From contig OZ024764.1 in the NCBI GenBank assembly GCA_964016885.1, positions 16,430,001-16,494,000 of the forward strand: a stretch of 64,000 bases of DNA, written 5' to 3'. The position numbers and the translations under genes are program-made. This DNA comes from Eledone cirrhosa. Its lineage: Eukaryota. Below are positions 1 to 13,429 of this stretch, piece by piece. Positions within the stretch are counted from its first letter, which is position 1. Each line of letters starts with the position of its first letter. The notes under the pieces were generated by a model. That model was not told where the DNA came from and ran no database searches. It saw nothing but the letters and a program-made list of their open reading frames with translations.

Positions 1-162
1 AAAAACCGGAGGGGAAGCACATTTTCACCTCCAACATCTGAGGGTGGGGCTGCAGAGAAGATTGGAAGGGGCCCATCTTATGTAGCTATATATCTATCTA
101 GTCACACCTTAATTGTGGTGGTGATGGCAGGACAGGGGTGCAGTTCCCTATATCATCATCAT

Positions 163-788
163 CGTATATATATATATGTGTGTGTGTGTGTTTGTATCTA
201 TACGTGGTTGTGTGTATATGTGTGTGTTTGTATATATACGTGGTTGTGTGTGTGTATATATATATGTGTTTGTATATATACGTGTTTGTGTGTGTATATA
301 TATGTGTTTGTATATATACGTGGTTGTGTGTATATATATATATGTGTTTGTATATATACGTGTTTGTGTGTGTATATATATATGTGTTTGTATATATACG
401 TGTTTGTGTGTGTATATATATGTGTTTGTATATATACGTGGTTGTGTGTATATATATATATGTGTTTGTATATATACGTGGTTGTGTGTATATATATATA
501 TATATATGTGTGCGTGTTTGTATCTATGTGTGTATATATATGTATGTATGTGTTTATGTATGTATGTATGTGTTTGTGTGTGTATGTATGTACGTTTGTG
601 TATATATATATGTGTATATGTATGTTTGTATATATATATTTATGTGTGTGTGTATGTATGTGTTTGTATATATATATATGTGTGTGTATGTTTGTGTATG
701 TGTTTGTGTGTGTGTATATGTTTTTGTGTGTGTGTGTGTGTGTATATGTATGTGTTTGTAAATATATGTGTGTGTGTATGTATGTGTT

Positions 789-829
<41 letters not shown>

Positions 830-1061
830 ATATATATATGTGTGTATGTGTATGTATGTGTGTGTGTATATATATGTGTGTATGTGTATGTATGTGTTTG
901 TATATATATATGTGTGTGTGTGTGTGTATATATATATATGTATGTGTTTGTATATATGTGTGTGTATATATATATGTGTGTGTGTGTATATATATATGTG
1001 TGTGTGTGTATATATATATATGTGTGTGTGTGTGTATATATATGTGTGTATGTGTATGTAT
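163..1061. repeat. Compound (TA)n/(TG)n microsatellite tract
   Basis: Low-complexity dinucleotide sequence; the YIYV/CVCV-type ORFs are artefacts. Confidence 0.95.
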
Positions 1062-1468
1062 TTCGAAGTTTGGCAACACTTGCAGTGATTTAGAAGAAAT
1101 CGACCTCGGAATAGTAAATGGCAAAATTAACCTCAACAAATACCGCAAAGTATTTTCTCCGACGCTCTTCCGATTCTGCTAAACCACTGCCCTCCAATAA
1201 TTGTTAGTTAATGTTTGGGTAGAGTAGCCCCTGGGGGCTGGGGAACAAAACCAAAGGGACCGAGTCGACCCACGCATCTCCCAACCAAACTTTGTTCCTA
1301 CTAGAAGTGTTTTTAAGGGCCTTTTTTTCTGCTCTAAGCATGGGTTAGTTTTGATTACAGGGGACCTTTTTTGAGGCAGTGGTTTACAGCCCTTCCTCGC
1401 ATTAAGCTTTTAAGTCACCTCTTACACAATACAGGGTCACAGAGGACTTAGTCTCAATTGGATAGAGA

Positions 1469-1515
<47 letters not shown>

Positions 1516-1529
1516 TGTGTGTATGTGTA

Positions 1530-2039
1530 TAGGATCCCGATGTATATCGGGAGGCGACCCCTTGAGATCGGTGTGGAAGTCGGACCCCTGTGAAGACCTG
1601 AAGATCCGCCTCTTCGTTGCTGTGGTGGAGTCTGTGCTGCTGTCCGGGTCTGAGACTTGGACACTGACCAAGAAACTCACTCAGATGGTGGATGGGTGCT
1701 ACACGAGAATGCTGAGGATGGCTCTGAACATTAATCAGTGTACACTGAGGATGAAGAACTCAGAGCTGTACGGGAGCCTCCCAAAAGTCAGCTCGAGAGT
1801 GACACAGAGGAGACTGAGGTTAGTTGGACATGCTCACCGACATCCAGAGTTGACACTGCACTCAGTGCTCCTGTGGGAGCCCCTACACGGACACACTGGA
1901 AGCGAGAGACCGAGGTTGACATATGTTGATGTCCTAAGGACAGACACGGGTCTCTTGGAGACGCAGGACATGGCAGCTATAATGAGGGACAGAGACTGCT
2001 GCAGAGAACTCGTCCATGGATCTCGGGAATTTTACCCGG

Positions 2040-2042
<3 letters not shown>
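1530..2042 (+). mobile_element. 5'-truncated RTE-clade LINE fragment (RT C-terminal region) between (TA)n tracts
   Basis: Translation DLKIRLFVAVVESVLLSGSETWTLT...YTRMLRMAL...RRLRLVGHAHRHPE...RPRLTYVDVL matches the RTE C-terminal motif pattern; (TA)n on both sides. Confidence 0.85.
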
Positions 2043-2096
<54 letters not shown>

Positions 2097-2357
2097 GTTA
2101 GAAGAGTATAGACGTATAGAAATAACTTCTACTCGACTGATTCATACGAATGGAACAGTTCTAGTCTTGTAGGAGTCACTTCTGTAATAAAATGAATATA
2201 TATACACTTATTTTAGAATATTTCATTAATATAATCTTAGATCATGGGGCACCAAATATATATGTGTGTGCATGTATGTATATATATATATATATATATA
2301 TATACGTTGTGTGCGTCTACTCATATACTTGTTGTTTATACACACAAACATGTCATC

Positions 2358-2398
<41 letters not shown>

Positions 2399-2642
2399 AG
2401 AGTATATATATATATATATATATACACACACATAATATATGTGTGTGTGCAATGTCAGTTGGTTATATATATATATATATAAGATATATATATATATAAG
2501 ATAATATATATATATATATCTCATATATCGGTTAAGATATTCAGGAAGGCCAAATTTTGTGATGAGGAAGATGGCTAGATCGCCATTTCTGTTATCGACT
2601 GCTTCTTAAAATTTTATTTATATACACAGCAGTGGCTGTGTA

Positions 2643-2709
<67 letters not shown>

Positions 2710-2967
2710 GTACATAGCCATTGCTGTGTATATCATCATCATCATTTAACGATGTATATATATATGTAGTGTATGAGTGTGTGTATGTGTGTATATATAT
2801 ATATATATATACGCATACACATACACTACATATATATACATCGTTAAAGTGTGTGTATATATATATATTTTACTTGGACAGTCAGTTTCCTGATGATTTC
2901 TCACGAATGAAACAGTTCTAGTCCTGTATAAGCCTTTTCTATATTAAATATTTATATGATGATGATG

Positions 2968-3019
<52 letters not shown>

Positions 3020-3360
3020 GTTAAATGACGATGATGATATACACAGATATATATAAGTTTCTACTTTTGGCGCAAGGCCAGCAATTACCTCAGTACATTA
3101 CTGGTACTTTATTTTTTATCGACCCCGTAAGATGAAAGGCAGAGTTAATCTCGCCGGCATTATATATATATAATGTATATGTGTTTGTATATAATCTTAG
3201 ATTATGGGGGGTCACCAAAGTCAGTCCCGTGTAAGCGAATCAGGGTCCCCCGGCCTGATCCCTCACAAAGGAACAGCCCGTCCAACCCATGCTAGCTTGA
3301 AAGATGGACATTAAATGATTATATATATATATATACATACATACATATATATATATATAA

Positions 3361-3510
<150 letters not shown>

Positions 3511-3610
3511 GTTTCAGAAGATCCCGTTAAGGGTGAAAGCAGCGATTCTTTGATATATATTTATCCTTATTGACCCCTCTTTGGATTTTAGTCTTCACAT
3601 TTATTATTAT

Positions 3611-3646
<36 letters not shown>

Positions 3647-4130
3647 ATATACAATATATATTTATATATATATGAAAAATTCATGGTCCTGGGTTTTTCC
3701 TATTACCCACTCAACTACCCCAAGTATTGAGTACTCTGCTGGGTTATGTATGGTCCATCTGTTTTTTACCACCTCCATTCTGATATATATATATATACAT
3801 GTATATGTGTGTATATATATATATATATACACATATATGTATATGTGTGTGTGTATACACACATACACACACACACACACACACGTACACATACACACAC
3901 ACACAAATACATTACGCGTTCTACATTGTTTTGCGTAATTTTGTATATATAACAAAAAACCGATTGTATATGAGTGTGTGTGTGTATATATATATATATA
4001 CACACAAAGGATCGATCGACTTTCGTAAAATCGGACCGAGGAAACAATGTTTCCGCTGGTCTTTCCAATTGCTAATAGTATCTAGGAGCAACGTGAAATA
4101 AAGTGTCTTGCTCAAGGACATAACACATCG

Positions 4131-4174
<44 letters not shown>

Positions 4175-4269
4175 TATGTATATATATACAGGTGTGTATA
4201 CAGTGCCAAAAGTAGAAACAAATATAAATATATACACCACACATATGTTTGTTATTGAGATACGTTTGT

Positions 4270-4703
4270 TGAGATGTGTATGTACGCGGGTGTGTGTAAT
4301 GTATGTATGTATATATGTATGTATATATATATATATACGTATGTATGTATATATATTTATATATATGTATGTATGTATGTATGTATATATATTTATATAT
4401 ATGTATGTATGTATATATGTATATATATTTATATATATATGTATGTATATGTATATATATATTTATATATATGTATGTATGTATATATGTATGTATATAT
4501 ATATTTATATATATATGTATGTATGTATATGTATATATGTATGTATATATATATTTATATGTATATATGTATGTATATATATATTTATATATATATATGT
4601 ATGTATATATATATATTTATATATATATGTATGTATATGTATATATGTATGTATATATATATATTTATATATATATGTATGTATATGTATATATGTATGT
4701 ATA
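4270..4703. repeat. (TA/TATG)n microsatellite, left of the LINE insertion
   Basis: Direct sequence; the same repeat type resumes at 6600. Confidence 0.9.
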
Positions 4704-6600
4704 TAACTTTGAATAACTTTGAAATGTTTTGGCCAGTATTGGCCCAGGCCATGTCTAACTTAATAGCACCACCTGGCGAAGTCTTTCAATTCAGAATTTG
4801 GGCACCATGGCCCATTCGAGAAGAGAATTACTGTTTGCGGAGACATATCCGGGTGTGGGTGGTTTGTCCGGGATTACTTGGAGGAATTTGTCCAAAGACT
4901 TCTTGAATTTTGTGTGGTCAGTTTCTGTTTTGACGTGTCCTGGTGTGATGTTGAAGAGAGCAGGGCCGATTGAGGTGAAATAATTGTGCCGTATTGTTGT
5001 TATGAGTTGCGATTTAGATTTTTGAATGGGACGGATAGCACGGGGCCCAAGCCTTGGGTGTATCTTGAAGGCGATGCCAACATCATTTGGGCAGTGATGA
5101 TGGAACATTTTCCACATCATGCAGATAATATAACGCTCACGGCGACGTTGGAGTGAGTAAAGTTTCAGGTTTTCCAATCGACCCCAGTAGTCAAGGTCTG
5201 ACATGCCATCTATCTTTTTCGTGATTGCCCTTTGAGGAGCTTCAAGTTTCATGATACTTTGTTTCGTGTGGGGAGACCACAGTGGACAACAGTATTCAAG
5301 GTGTGGTCGGGCGAAAGTAGAGAAGAGAAGGATAATGGTGCGGGAATCTCTCGACTGGAAGGTTCTGAGGATCCAGGAACACATTCTGCGGGCCATGTCA
5401 ACTTTGCTGCTTATATGCGTGGTCCAGCTTATGTTGCTGTCCACGGTTACTCCCAAGTCTCTGATGTTGTTAGATGCCACGAGAGTTTCCCCGGAGGGAA
5501 GGGAGTACGGGAGTTTCAGAGCATCCTCTTTTCCAAAGTGGATCAGTTCGAATTTGTCTTCGTTCAGTAACATGTTGTTCTTTTCTGCCCATTGGGTAAC
5601 AGCCAGTAGGTCTGACTGAAGGCTTATCCGGTCATCCACGCCATTGATGACCTTTTGGAGCTTGGAATCATCAGCGAAAATTTTAATGTTGCTGTGTTTG
5701 ATGATGTCAGTGATGTCATTAATATAGATGATGAAGAGAAGTGGGCCCAACACAGTGCCTTGTGGGACTCCACTACTGACTTTGGCTGGGCTTGATTTGA
5801 CTCCCTCAACTACAACATGTTGGGTTCTGTTTGACAGGAAGCTCTTGATCCACTGCAGCAGCTTTCCAGTGACACCAATATTGGACAGCTTTCTCAGTAG
5901 AATGTTATGATCAACCCTGTCAAAGGCCTTGCTGAAATCAAGGTAGATAACATCAGTGTTGGAACCCTCTCCCAAGGCTCTCAAAATGTCATCAAAGTGA
6001 TGCAGTAGTTGCGTCAGGCAATCCCTTCCATTACGGAATCCATGCTGGTTGGAGTTCAGCATATTGTTACTCTCAAGGAAGTGGGTCATTCGCGATCTCA
6101 CCACTCGCTCAAATACCTTAATGATATGAGAGGTGAGTGAGATTGGACGGTAATTCACGGCAAGGGATTTGTTTCCCTTTTTGAAAACTGGGACAACAGA
6201 CTGGGATAGAAGGTTTTCTGGCACATATCCAGCATCCAGTGAGTTCCGCCACAGATTGGCAAGAGGAGAAGCAAGTTGGTGTTGACACGCCTTCAAGACA
6301 CAAGCAGGGAACCTATCGGGACCTACTGCTGAATTATGCTTGATTTCCTTTATTGCCGCCAAGACATCAGGGGCGCCAAACGTTATGTCCGATAAGGTGT
6401 AATGGGGAGTAACATCGCCGATACAGCCCAGATCGGCCATATCAGGATTGCTGAAAACAGAGCAGTATTGTTTCTGCAGTATCTCACCCATAGTTTTAGC
6501 ATTGTCTTGAAGAGTGCCATTTTCATCAATTAGAGGGCCAACAGTAGAGCCAGTGATTTTGTGTTTTTTTGCAAATGAAAAGAACACTTTGGGATTGAGT
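4704..6600 (-). mobile_element. 5'-truncated CR1-like (jockey-group) LINE inserted in a microsatellite
   Basis: RT ORF followed by a short 3' UTR ending in a (TTCAAAGTTA)2 tail at about 4704-4723. Confidence 0.9.
4791..6587 (-). CDS. LINE reverse transcriptase (ORF2 remnant, endonuclease lost), 598 aa uninterrupted
   Basis: Motifs [60 protein letters not shown]-terminal [13 protein letters not shown]. Confidence 0.9.
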   Translation of the reverse strand: MFFSFAKKHKITGSTVGPLIDENGTLQDNAKTMGEILQKQYCSVFSNPDMADLGCIGDVTPHYTLSDITFGAPDVLAAIKEIKHNSAVGPDRFPACVLKACQHQLASPLANLWRNSLDAGYVPENLLSQSVVPVFKKGNKSLAVNYRPISLTSHIIKVFERVVRSRMTHFLESNNMLNSNQHGFRNGRDCLTQLLHHFDDILRALGEGSNTDVIYLDFSKAFDRVDHNILLRKLSNIGVTGKLLQWIKSFLSNRTQHVVVEGVKSSPAKVSSGVPQGTVLGPLLFIIYINDITDIIKHSNIKIFADDSKLQKVINGVDDRISLQSDLLAVTQWAEKNNMLLNEDKFELIHFGKEDALKLPYSLPSGETLVASNNIRDLGVTVDSNISWTTHISSKVDMARRMCSWILRTFQSRDSRTIILLFSTFARPHLEYCCPLWSPHTKQSIMKLEAPQRAITKKIDGMSDLDYWGRLENLKLYSLQRRRERYIICMMWKMFHHHCPNDVGIAFKIHPRLGPRAIRPIQKSKSQLITTIRHNYFTSIGPALFNITPGHVKTETDHTKFKKSLDKFLQVIPDKPPTPGYVSANSNSLLEWAMVPKF

Positions 6601-7228
6601 TTATATATTTATATATATATATGTATGTATATATATATATTGAGATTGAGTTGATATATTTATATATATATATGTATGTATATATATATATTTATATATA
6701 TATGTATGTATATATGTATGTATATATATATTTATATATATATATGTATGTATATATATATATTTATATATATATATGTATGTATATATATATATTTATA
6801 TATATATGTATGTATATGTATATATGTATGTATATATATATATATATATATGTATGTATATATATATATTTATATATATATGTATGTATATGTATATATG
6901 TATGTATATATATATATATATATATGTATGTATATATATATATTTATATATATATATATGTATGTATATATATATATTTATATATATATGTATGTATATG
7001 TATATATGTATGTATATATATATTTATATGTATGTATATGTATATATGTATGTATATATATATTTATATGTATGTATATATATATGTATGTATATATATA
7101 TTTATATGTATGTATATATATATGTATGTATATATTTATATGTATGTATATATATGTATATATATATATATATATGTATGTATATATGTATGTATATATG
7201 TATGTATATATGTATGTATATATGTATG

Positions 7229-7259
<31 letters not shown>

Positions 7260-7448
7260 ATATGTATGTATATATATATGTATGTATATATGTATGTATA
7301 TATATATGTATGTATATATGTATGTATATATATATTTATGTATGTATATATGTATGTATATATATATTTATGTATGTATATATGTATGTATATATATATT
7401 TATGTATGTATATATGTATGTATATATATATTTATATATATATGTATG

Positions 7449-7502
<54 letters not shown>
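6600..7502. repeat. (TA/TATG)n microsatellite
   Basis: Direct sequence. Confidence 0.95.
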
Positions 7503-7504
<2 letters not shown>

Positions 7505-7597
7505 ATGTGGTTGTGTAGACGACACTACAAAATGTTCCCAGTCCACGAACAAAAAAGCACCCAGCACACACTGTAAATGTGTGTGTGTGTATATATA

Positions 7598-8560
7598 TCA
7601 TCATCATCATCATCATCATTTTACGTCCGCTTTTCCCTGCTTGCAAGGGTGGGACGGGTCTTATTCAGCACAGCATCTCTCCACTTGTCACGGTCCTTCG
7701 TCATCTCCACCGTGAGCTTCAATGATCTGAGGTCTGTTCTCACCACCTCCGCCCATGTTTTTCGTGGTCTACCTCTACCACGTCTTCCTTCAACTGGCAT
7801 TTCCTGGCACTTCTTCACCCATTGGTCATCCTCCATGCGCATCACATGTCCATACCACCTCAGTCTCCTCTCCCGTACACTACATTCTATCCCTCTCAGA
7901 CACAGTTTCTCTCTCACCACATCACATGTCCATACCACCTCAGTCTCCTCTCCCGTACACTACATTCTATCCCTCTCAGACACAGTTTCTCTCTCACCAC
8001 ATCACATGTCCATACCACCCCAGTCTCCTCTCCCGTACACTACATTCTATCCCTCTCAGACACAGTTTCTCTCTCACCACATCACATGTCCATACCACCT
8101 CAGTCTCCTCTCCCGTACACTACATTCTATCCCTCTCAGACACAGTTTCTCTCTCACCACATCACATGTCCATACCACCTCAGTCTCCTCTCCCGTACAC
8201 TACATTCTATCCCTCTCAGACACAGTTTCTCTCTCAACACATCACATGTCCATACCACCCCAGTCTCCTCTCCCGTACACTACATTCTATCCCTCTCAGA
8301 CACAGTTTCTCTCTCACCACATCACATGTCCATACCACCTCAGTCTCCTCTCCCGTACACTACATTCTATCCCTCTCAGACACAGTTTCTCTCTCACCAC
8401 ATCACATGTCCATACCACCTCAGTCTCCTCTCCCGTACACTACATTCTATCCCTCTCAGACACAGTTTCTCTCTCACCACATCACATGTCCATACCACCT
8501 CAGTCTCCTCTCCCGTACACTACATTCTATCCCTCTCAGACACAGTTTCTCTCTCAACAC
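7598..8560 (-). mobile_element. RTE (BovB-like) LINE 3' end with (GAT)n tail and tandemly amplified 5' junction
   Basis: RRLRWYGHVMRMEDDQWVKKC...GRGRPRKTW...DRDKWR...[13 protein letters not shown] followed by (GAT)n. Confidence 0.9.
7841..8560. repeat. 80-bp tandem array, 9 copies, made of RTE coding sequence
   Basis: Unit ATCACATGTCCATACCACCTCAG...CTCTCACCAC recurs at 7841, 7921, 8001 and onward. Confidence 0.95.
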
Positions 8561-9049
8561 ATATATATATATATATACTATAAAGTATGTCCATAGAATC
8601 ATTTGATAATATATATACACCATTTCATCTCCCAATTAGCATAATTAACCACACAAAAAATCAATTAGACCAGGCTATAAGATTAAAAGGCACCTATGAA
8701 GAAATAGTAGATAAATAAACGACAGCAATCTCTTTGCGGTCAACCGCCATAGATTATTTACACCACATTTCAACACCACGTGGAAATTGATTAAATATAC
8801 CGTCAACCATACACAATTAGGTATAAAATATATATATATATATGTGTGTGTGTGTGTACAAATGTATGTATATGTTTATATAAATAGATGTGTGCGTGTG
8901 GAAATATGTATGATGATGATGTGTATTTTTTAAATGGATACTTGAATGCTGCAGCATGGCCTACATAGTACTTTAATAGATTTATCATATTGATCATTAT
9001 ACTTATTTCAGTCTTGTACCAGTTATTGTTATTATTATTAGGGCAGTAA

Positions 9050-9255
9050 TTGATAGAGCAGTGGACAACATGCTTTGCTGTATAGAGTTACCTCCCTTTA
9101 CATTCTGAGATCCAACCCCGCCAAGGTGGGCTTTGCCTTTCATCCTTATGCCGTTGATAAAATAAAGTACCAGTAATGCACTGGGGTTGATCTAATCAAA
9201 TTTCCCCTTCCCCCCAAATTGTTGGCCTTGTGTCTAAAGCTGAAACAATTATTAT
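9050..9255 (+). mobile_element. tRNA-derived SINE (GCCTTTCATCC..GATAAAATAAAGTACCAGT family)
   Basis: The same core recurs many times in the window (3060, 21670-22480, 46940, 54520, 56780-57170). Confidence 0.75.
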
Positions 9256-9334
9256 AACTCTTTCTCTTTTGTTCGGAGTTCAGATCCTTCTGAGATTGAT
9301 TTTGTCTTTCATACACAGTAACACAACACACATA

Positions 9335-10290
9335 CTTCTTCACCGTCTTATTCCTGGAAGGGTTGCTTGAGGTCTACTCCTGGGTTGGTTTTGTCTATGA
9401 AATCTGTCCAGATTCTTTCCTCAGACATTCTAACCACATGTCTGTAGTATCAGAGCTGTGATCTCTCAATCCAGAGATTCTTTCCTGAGACATTCTAACC
9501 ACATGTCTGTAGTATCAGAGCTGTGATCTCTTAATTCAGAGATTCTTTCCTCAGACATTCTAACCACATGTCTGTAGTACCAGAGCTGTGATCTCTCAAT
9601 TCAGAGATTCTTTCCTGAGACATTCTAACCACATGTCTGTAGTATCAGAGCTGTGATCTCTTAATTCAGAGATTCTTTCCTCAGACATTCTAACCACATG
9701 TCTGTAGTATCAGAGCTGTGATCTCTCAATTCAGAGATTCTTTCCTGAGACATTCTAACCACATGTCTGTAGTATCAGAACTGTGATCTCTCAAATCAGA
9801 GATTCTTTCCTCAGACATTCTAACTACATGTCTGTAGTATCAGAGCTGTGATCTCTCAATCCAGAAATTCTCTCCTGAGACATTCTAACCACATGTCTGT
9901 AGTATCAGAGCTGTGATCTCTCAATACAGAGATTCTCTCCTGAGACATTCTAACCACATGTCTGTAGTATCAGAGCTGTGATCTCTCAATTCAGAGATTC
10001 TCTCCTGAGACATTCTAACCACATGTCTGTAGTATCAGAACTGTGATCTCTCAAATCAGAGATTCTTTCCTCAGACATTTTAACTACATGTCTGTAGTAT
10101 CAGAGCTGTGATCTCTCAATTCGGCGGAGTAGTAGTAGCTCTATTTGGGAGCGACTTTCTGATCTCCAAGCTATGCACTCTATTAAGTAACCTTACTCTA
10201 ATGACCATACGGAGAGACCCCATTTTGGCTGCTTGTATTTGCGATCTGATTACTGAGTTATTCTGATTACTGAATTGAAGATAGTGAGTT
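9335..10290 (-). mobile_element. Degenerate RTE-like LINE fragment containing a 65-bp array
   Basis: The reverse complement aligns by eye with 61155-61420 (QATEMGFLRRVFGVRLLDRVH...) and with 33066-33310. Confidence 0.75.
9411..10120. repeat. 65-bp tandem array, about 11 copies
   Basis: Unit TCAGACATTCTAACCACATGTCTGTAGTATCAGAGCTGTGATCTCTCAATTCAGAGATTCTTTCC. Confidence 0.95.
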
Positions 10291-11270
10291 TGTCTTTTAC
10301 ACCTACCTCCCTTCTGATTAGTGAGTTTGTCTTTTACACCTACCTCCCTTCTGATTACTGAATTGAAGATAGTAAGTTTGTCTTTTACACCTACCTCCCT
10401 TCTGATTACTGAATTGAAGATAGTAAGTTTGTCTTTTACACCTACCTCCCTTCTGATTACTGAATTGAAGATAGTGAGTTTGTCTTTTACACCTACCTCC
10501 CTTCTGATTACTGAATTGAAGATAGTGAGTTTGTCTTTTACACCTACCTCCCTTCTGATTACTGAGTTGAAGACAGTGAGTTTGTCTTTTACACCTACCT
10601 CCCTTCTGATTACTGAGTTGAAGATAGTAAGTTTGTCTTTTACACCTACCTCCCTTCTGATTACTGAGTTGAAGATAGTGAGTTTGTCTTTTACACCTAC
10701 CTCCCTTCTGATTACTGAATTGAAGATAGTGAGTTTGTCTTTTACACCTACCTCCCTTCTGATTACTGAATTGAAGACAGTGAGTTTGTCTTTTACACCT
10801 ACCTCCCTTCTGATTACTGAATTGAAGATAGTGAGTTTGTCTTTTACACCTACCTCCCTTCTGATTACTGAATTGAAGATAGTGAGTTTGTCTTTTACAC
10901 CTACCTCCCTTCTGATTACTGAATTGAAGATAGTGAGTTAGTCTTTTACACCTACCTCCCTTCTGATTACTGAGTTGAAGATAGTGTGTTTGTCTTTTAC
11001 ACCTACCTCCCTTCTGATTTCTGAGTTGAAGACAGTGAGTTTGTCTTTTACACCTACCTCCCTTCTGATTACTGAATTGAAGACAGTGAGTTTGTCTTTT
11101 ACACCTACCTCCCTTCTGATTACTGAATTGAAGACAGTGAGTTTGTCTTTTACACCTACTTCCCTTCTGATTACTGAATTGAAGACAGTGAGTTTGTCTT
11201 TTACACCTACCTCCCTTCTGATTACTGAGTTGAAGACAGTAAGTTTGTCTTTTACACCTACCTCCCTTCT
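10261..11270. repeat. 51-bp tandem array, about 20 copies, at the 5' junction of the LINE fragment
   Basis: Unit TGATTACTGAATTGAAGATAGTGAGTTTGTCTTTTACACCTACCTCCCTTC; part matches the LINE sequence AAACTCGCTATCTTCAATTCAGTA at about 61156. Confidence 0.95.
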
Positions 11271-11312
11271 TCTGACTGGCATATATTGTTTATCTGTGTT
11301 ACATAGTTCATC

Positions 11313-12013
11313 ATTTAAACCAGCCAAACCACCCGGCCAGAATTCTCTTAGCTCTTTCTGTTCAAACCAGCTATAACCGGATGTCCATATTAATGTTAAG
11401 GTATTTTTCTCAAAATAAATATCAAAATCTTGTAGATTCGATAGTAAGTGGGATAATTATGTGAGGTAAAGCCTTTACCGTGAAGATATAATAGTATATA
11501 TAGAGTAATGTAAATGTTACGTGAGATATTATGTGAGGTAAAGCCTTTACCGTGAAGATATTATCATCATCATCATCATCATCGTCACCGTTTTACGTCC
11601 GTTCTTTCACCACGCTAGCATGGGTTAGACGGGTTTTCCTGTTGTAGGTAGTGTCCGGTCGGCTGAGCATGTCTTGCTTATATGGGAACTGATTTTGGCT
11701 TGATTTCTACAGCTGGATGCCCTTCCTAACACCAACCTCATTTACAGTGAGTGCTGGGTGCTTTTTGTCCGTGGCACCTCCACGACCACTTTGCAGTGGA
11801 ATGATAGGGACCCCAGTCCCTATCATCTCATTTCTACAGCTGAGTAAACTGGAGCAATGTGAAATAAAGTGTCTTGCTCAAGGAAACAACACATCACCTG
11901 GTCTGAGAATTGAACTCACAACCTTTCGATTGCAAGGCCAATGCTCTAACCACTAAGCCATGCACCTTTACTTATAATAGTAAATATAGAGTAATGTAAA
12001 TGCTGAAGGGTTA
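11313..12013 (+). mobile_element. piggyBac-like MITE interrupted by a SINE
   Basis: Body matches the 62740-62946 family; ends GTAAATGCTGAAGGG-TTAA. Confidence 0.7.
11563..11968 (-). mobile_element. tRNA-derived SINE with CORE-like domain and RTE-type (GAT)n tail
   Basis: Minus strand: A box TGGCTTAGTGG, B box GAGTTCAATTC, CCTTGAGCAAGACACTT, tail GGACGTAAAAC..(GAT)n; close to 49199-49510. Confidence 0.85.
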
Positions 12014-12586
12014 AATGACCTCAATGTAATGATAATGAACTGGGACAGGGATGGGGGGGGGGGGGTCTCTCCCTAAAATTTGTCTGGAGGGTATGATATC
12101 TTGAAAGAGAAATCAAGGACACCCCTTGTGGTAGATGGAGGGACCAGTTCTCAAAACTGCCCTTAATGTCAACCAGAGAACTGATTCCAGTGACAATGGA
12201 GAGAAGGAGAGGTCCCTCTCTAAAATCTGTTTGGAAGGTGTAATACTTAGAAAGAGAAGCCAAGAACACTCTGGTGGTAGATGAGAGACCAGATCTCTAA
12301 AAATGGCTTCTATATCAACCATAGATAGCACTCAGTTGGATAGCAACAAAAAGGGGGTCTGTCTGGATGGTATGGTACCTTAAAAAAGAAAGCAAGGATA
12401 TCCTGGTGGTAGATGAGAGACCAGATCCCTAAAATGGCCTCACTGTCAACCTTAGATACAACTGAAGGCAGTGACAATGGACTTGGATAAATGTTGGAAA
12501 TAATGATTGAAAAATAAAATGTCCTTGGGTCCTTATTAGAAATCATTGTTGTTTGTTTCCGTTCAGCCAAGCCCCCATCAGCCTTT

Positions 12587-12635
12587 TCAAGTTCCACTAG
12601 GAGAAGAGGGTTTCGTCTGTACTTCAGTCAATTCA
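12587..12635 (-). CDS. Candidate terminal coding exon of an unknown gene (..ELTEVQTKPSSPSGT*)
   Basis: Pyrimidine-rich acceptor CTCTCATCCATCTTTCAG, then a short open frame to TGA in non-repetitive sequence; no homology recognised. Confidence 0.2.
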
Positions 12636-12759
12636 CTGAAAGATGGATGAGAGTATCATGTGTGACTCAAGTGAATAGGTTTATTCTAGGTTTAAAAACA
12701 GCAGAGAGGGGGTCATGTCCTTGATAATTAAGTCGAAACAGTTTAAAGTCTGCCTCGTG

Positions 12760-12980
12760 TCTGAAGGCTTATCCTGGTTTCTCTGTCGTTAAGTGACTGA
12801 AAGTACATGGCCCCCCCATTCACAGGACGCTAGTCCATTGCAAGGTTAATCTCCCAGCTATTACTGGTCCTCATTTTCAGCTGAGTATACTGGAGCAACA
12901 GAAAATGAAGTGGTTTGCTCAAGAACACAATACACAACCCAGCTCTGGAATCAAATCCACAGCATTATGATTGTAAGTCA
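12760..12980 (-). mobile_element. Diverged tRNA-derived SINE
   Basis: Resembles 11830-11968 (CAGCTGAGT..ACTGGAGCAA..TTGCTCAAG..ACCACTA). Confidence 0.65.
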
Positions 12981-13429
12981 AACACCCTTACCACTAGGTT
13001 AGTCTAGATTTATAGGGGCTATGAGAGTTTCCTCTGATTTGGGTCCCAAATGTTTACCACCACCTTCATTATCGCTCATTCTAAAAATGGTTAATAACTT
13101 CACTTTGCAATGACAAGGTACCTTGGTGCAATCCCACTGTGGAATCTTGAGCAAGTATCTTTTGCCTTGTGTAGACAGAGACAACATGGAGATGGGCTGT
13201 ATCTGTCATTCAAGGGGCCAACGTTGTCACACGGAACTTCTGTGAGGTTTTCATTAAGCGTTCACATATCTGTGGACTACTCAGCCATTTACTTGTCAGT
13301 TTAATGTGTAGTCTTCTATTTCATTGCTGGAATAACTGGCAATCCTCGTCGAAACTGGTGGAGGTCCATTAACTCCTGTTGGATTCTATGTCAGCTCTAC
13401 TTAACATTTTTATAATTTTCTCTTCATAT

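Noticed and set aside
4704-4723. CR1 tail TTCAAAGTTA also occurs in the 33.6-kb array unit
   Set aside because: Only a 10-bp AT-rich match, with no other CR1 sequence near the array
11245-11293. Possible minus-strand micro-exon ending GAG|GTAGGT, with the donor repeated in each 51-bp unit
   Set aside because: Weak acceptor, wedged between a MITE and a LINE junction, and no recognisable protein
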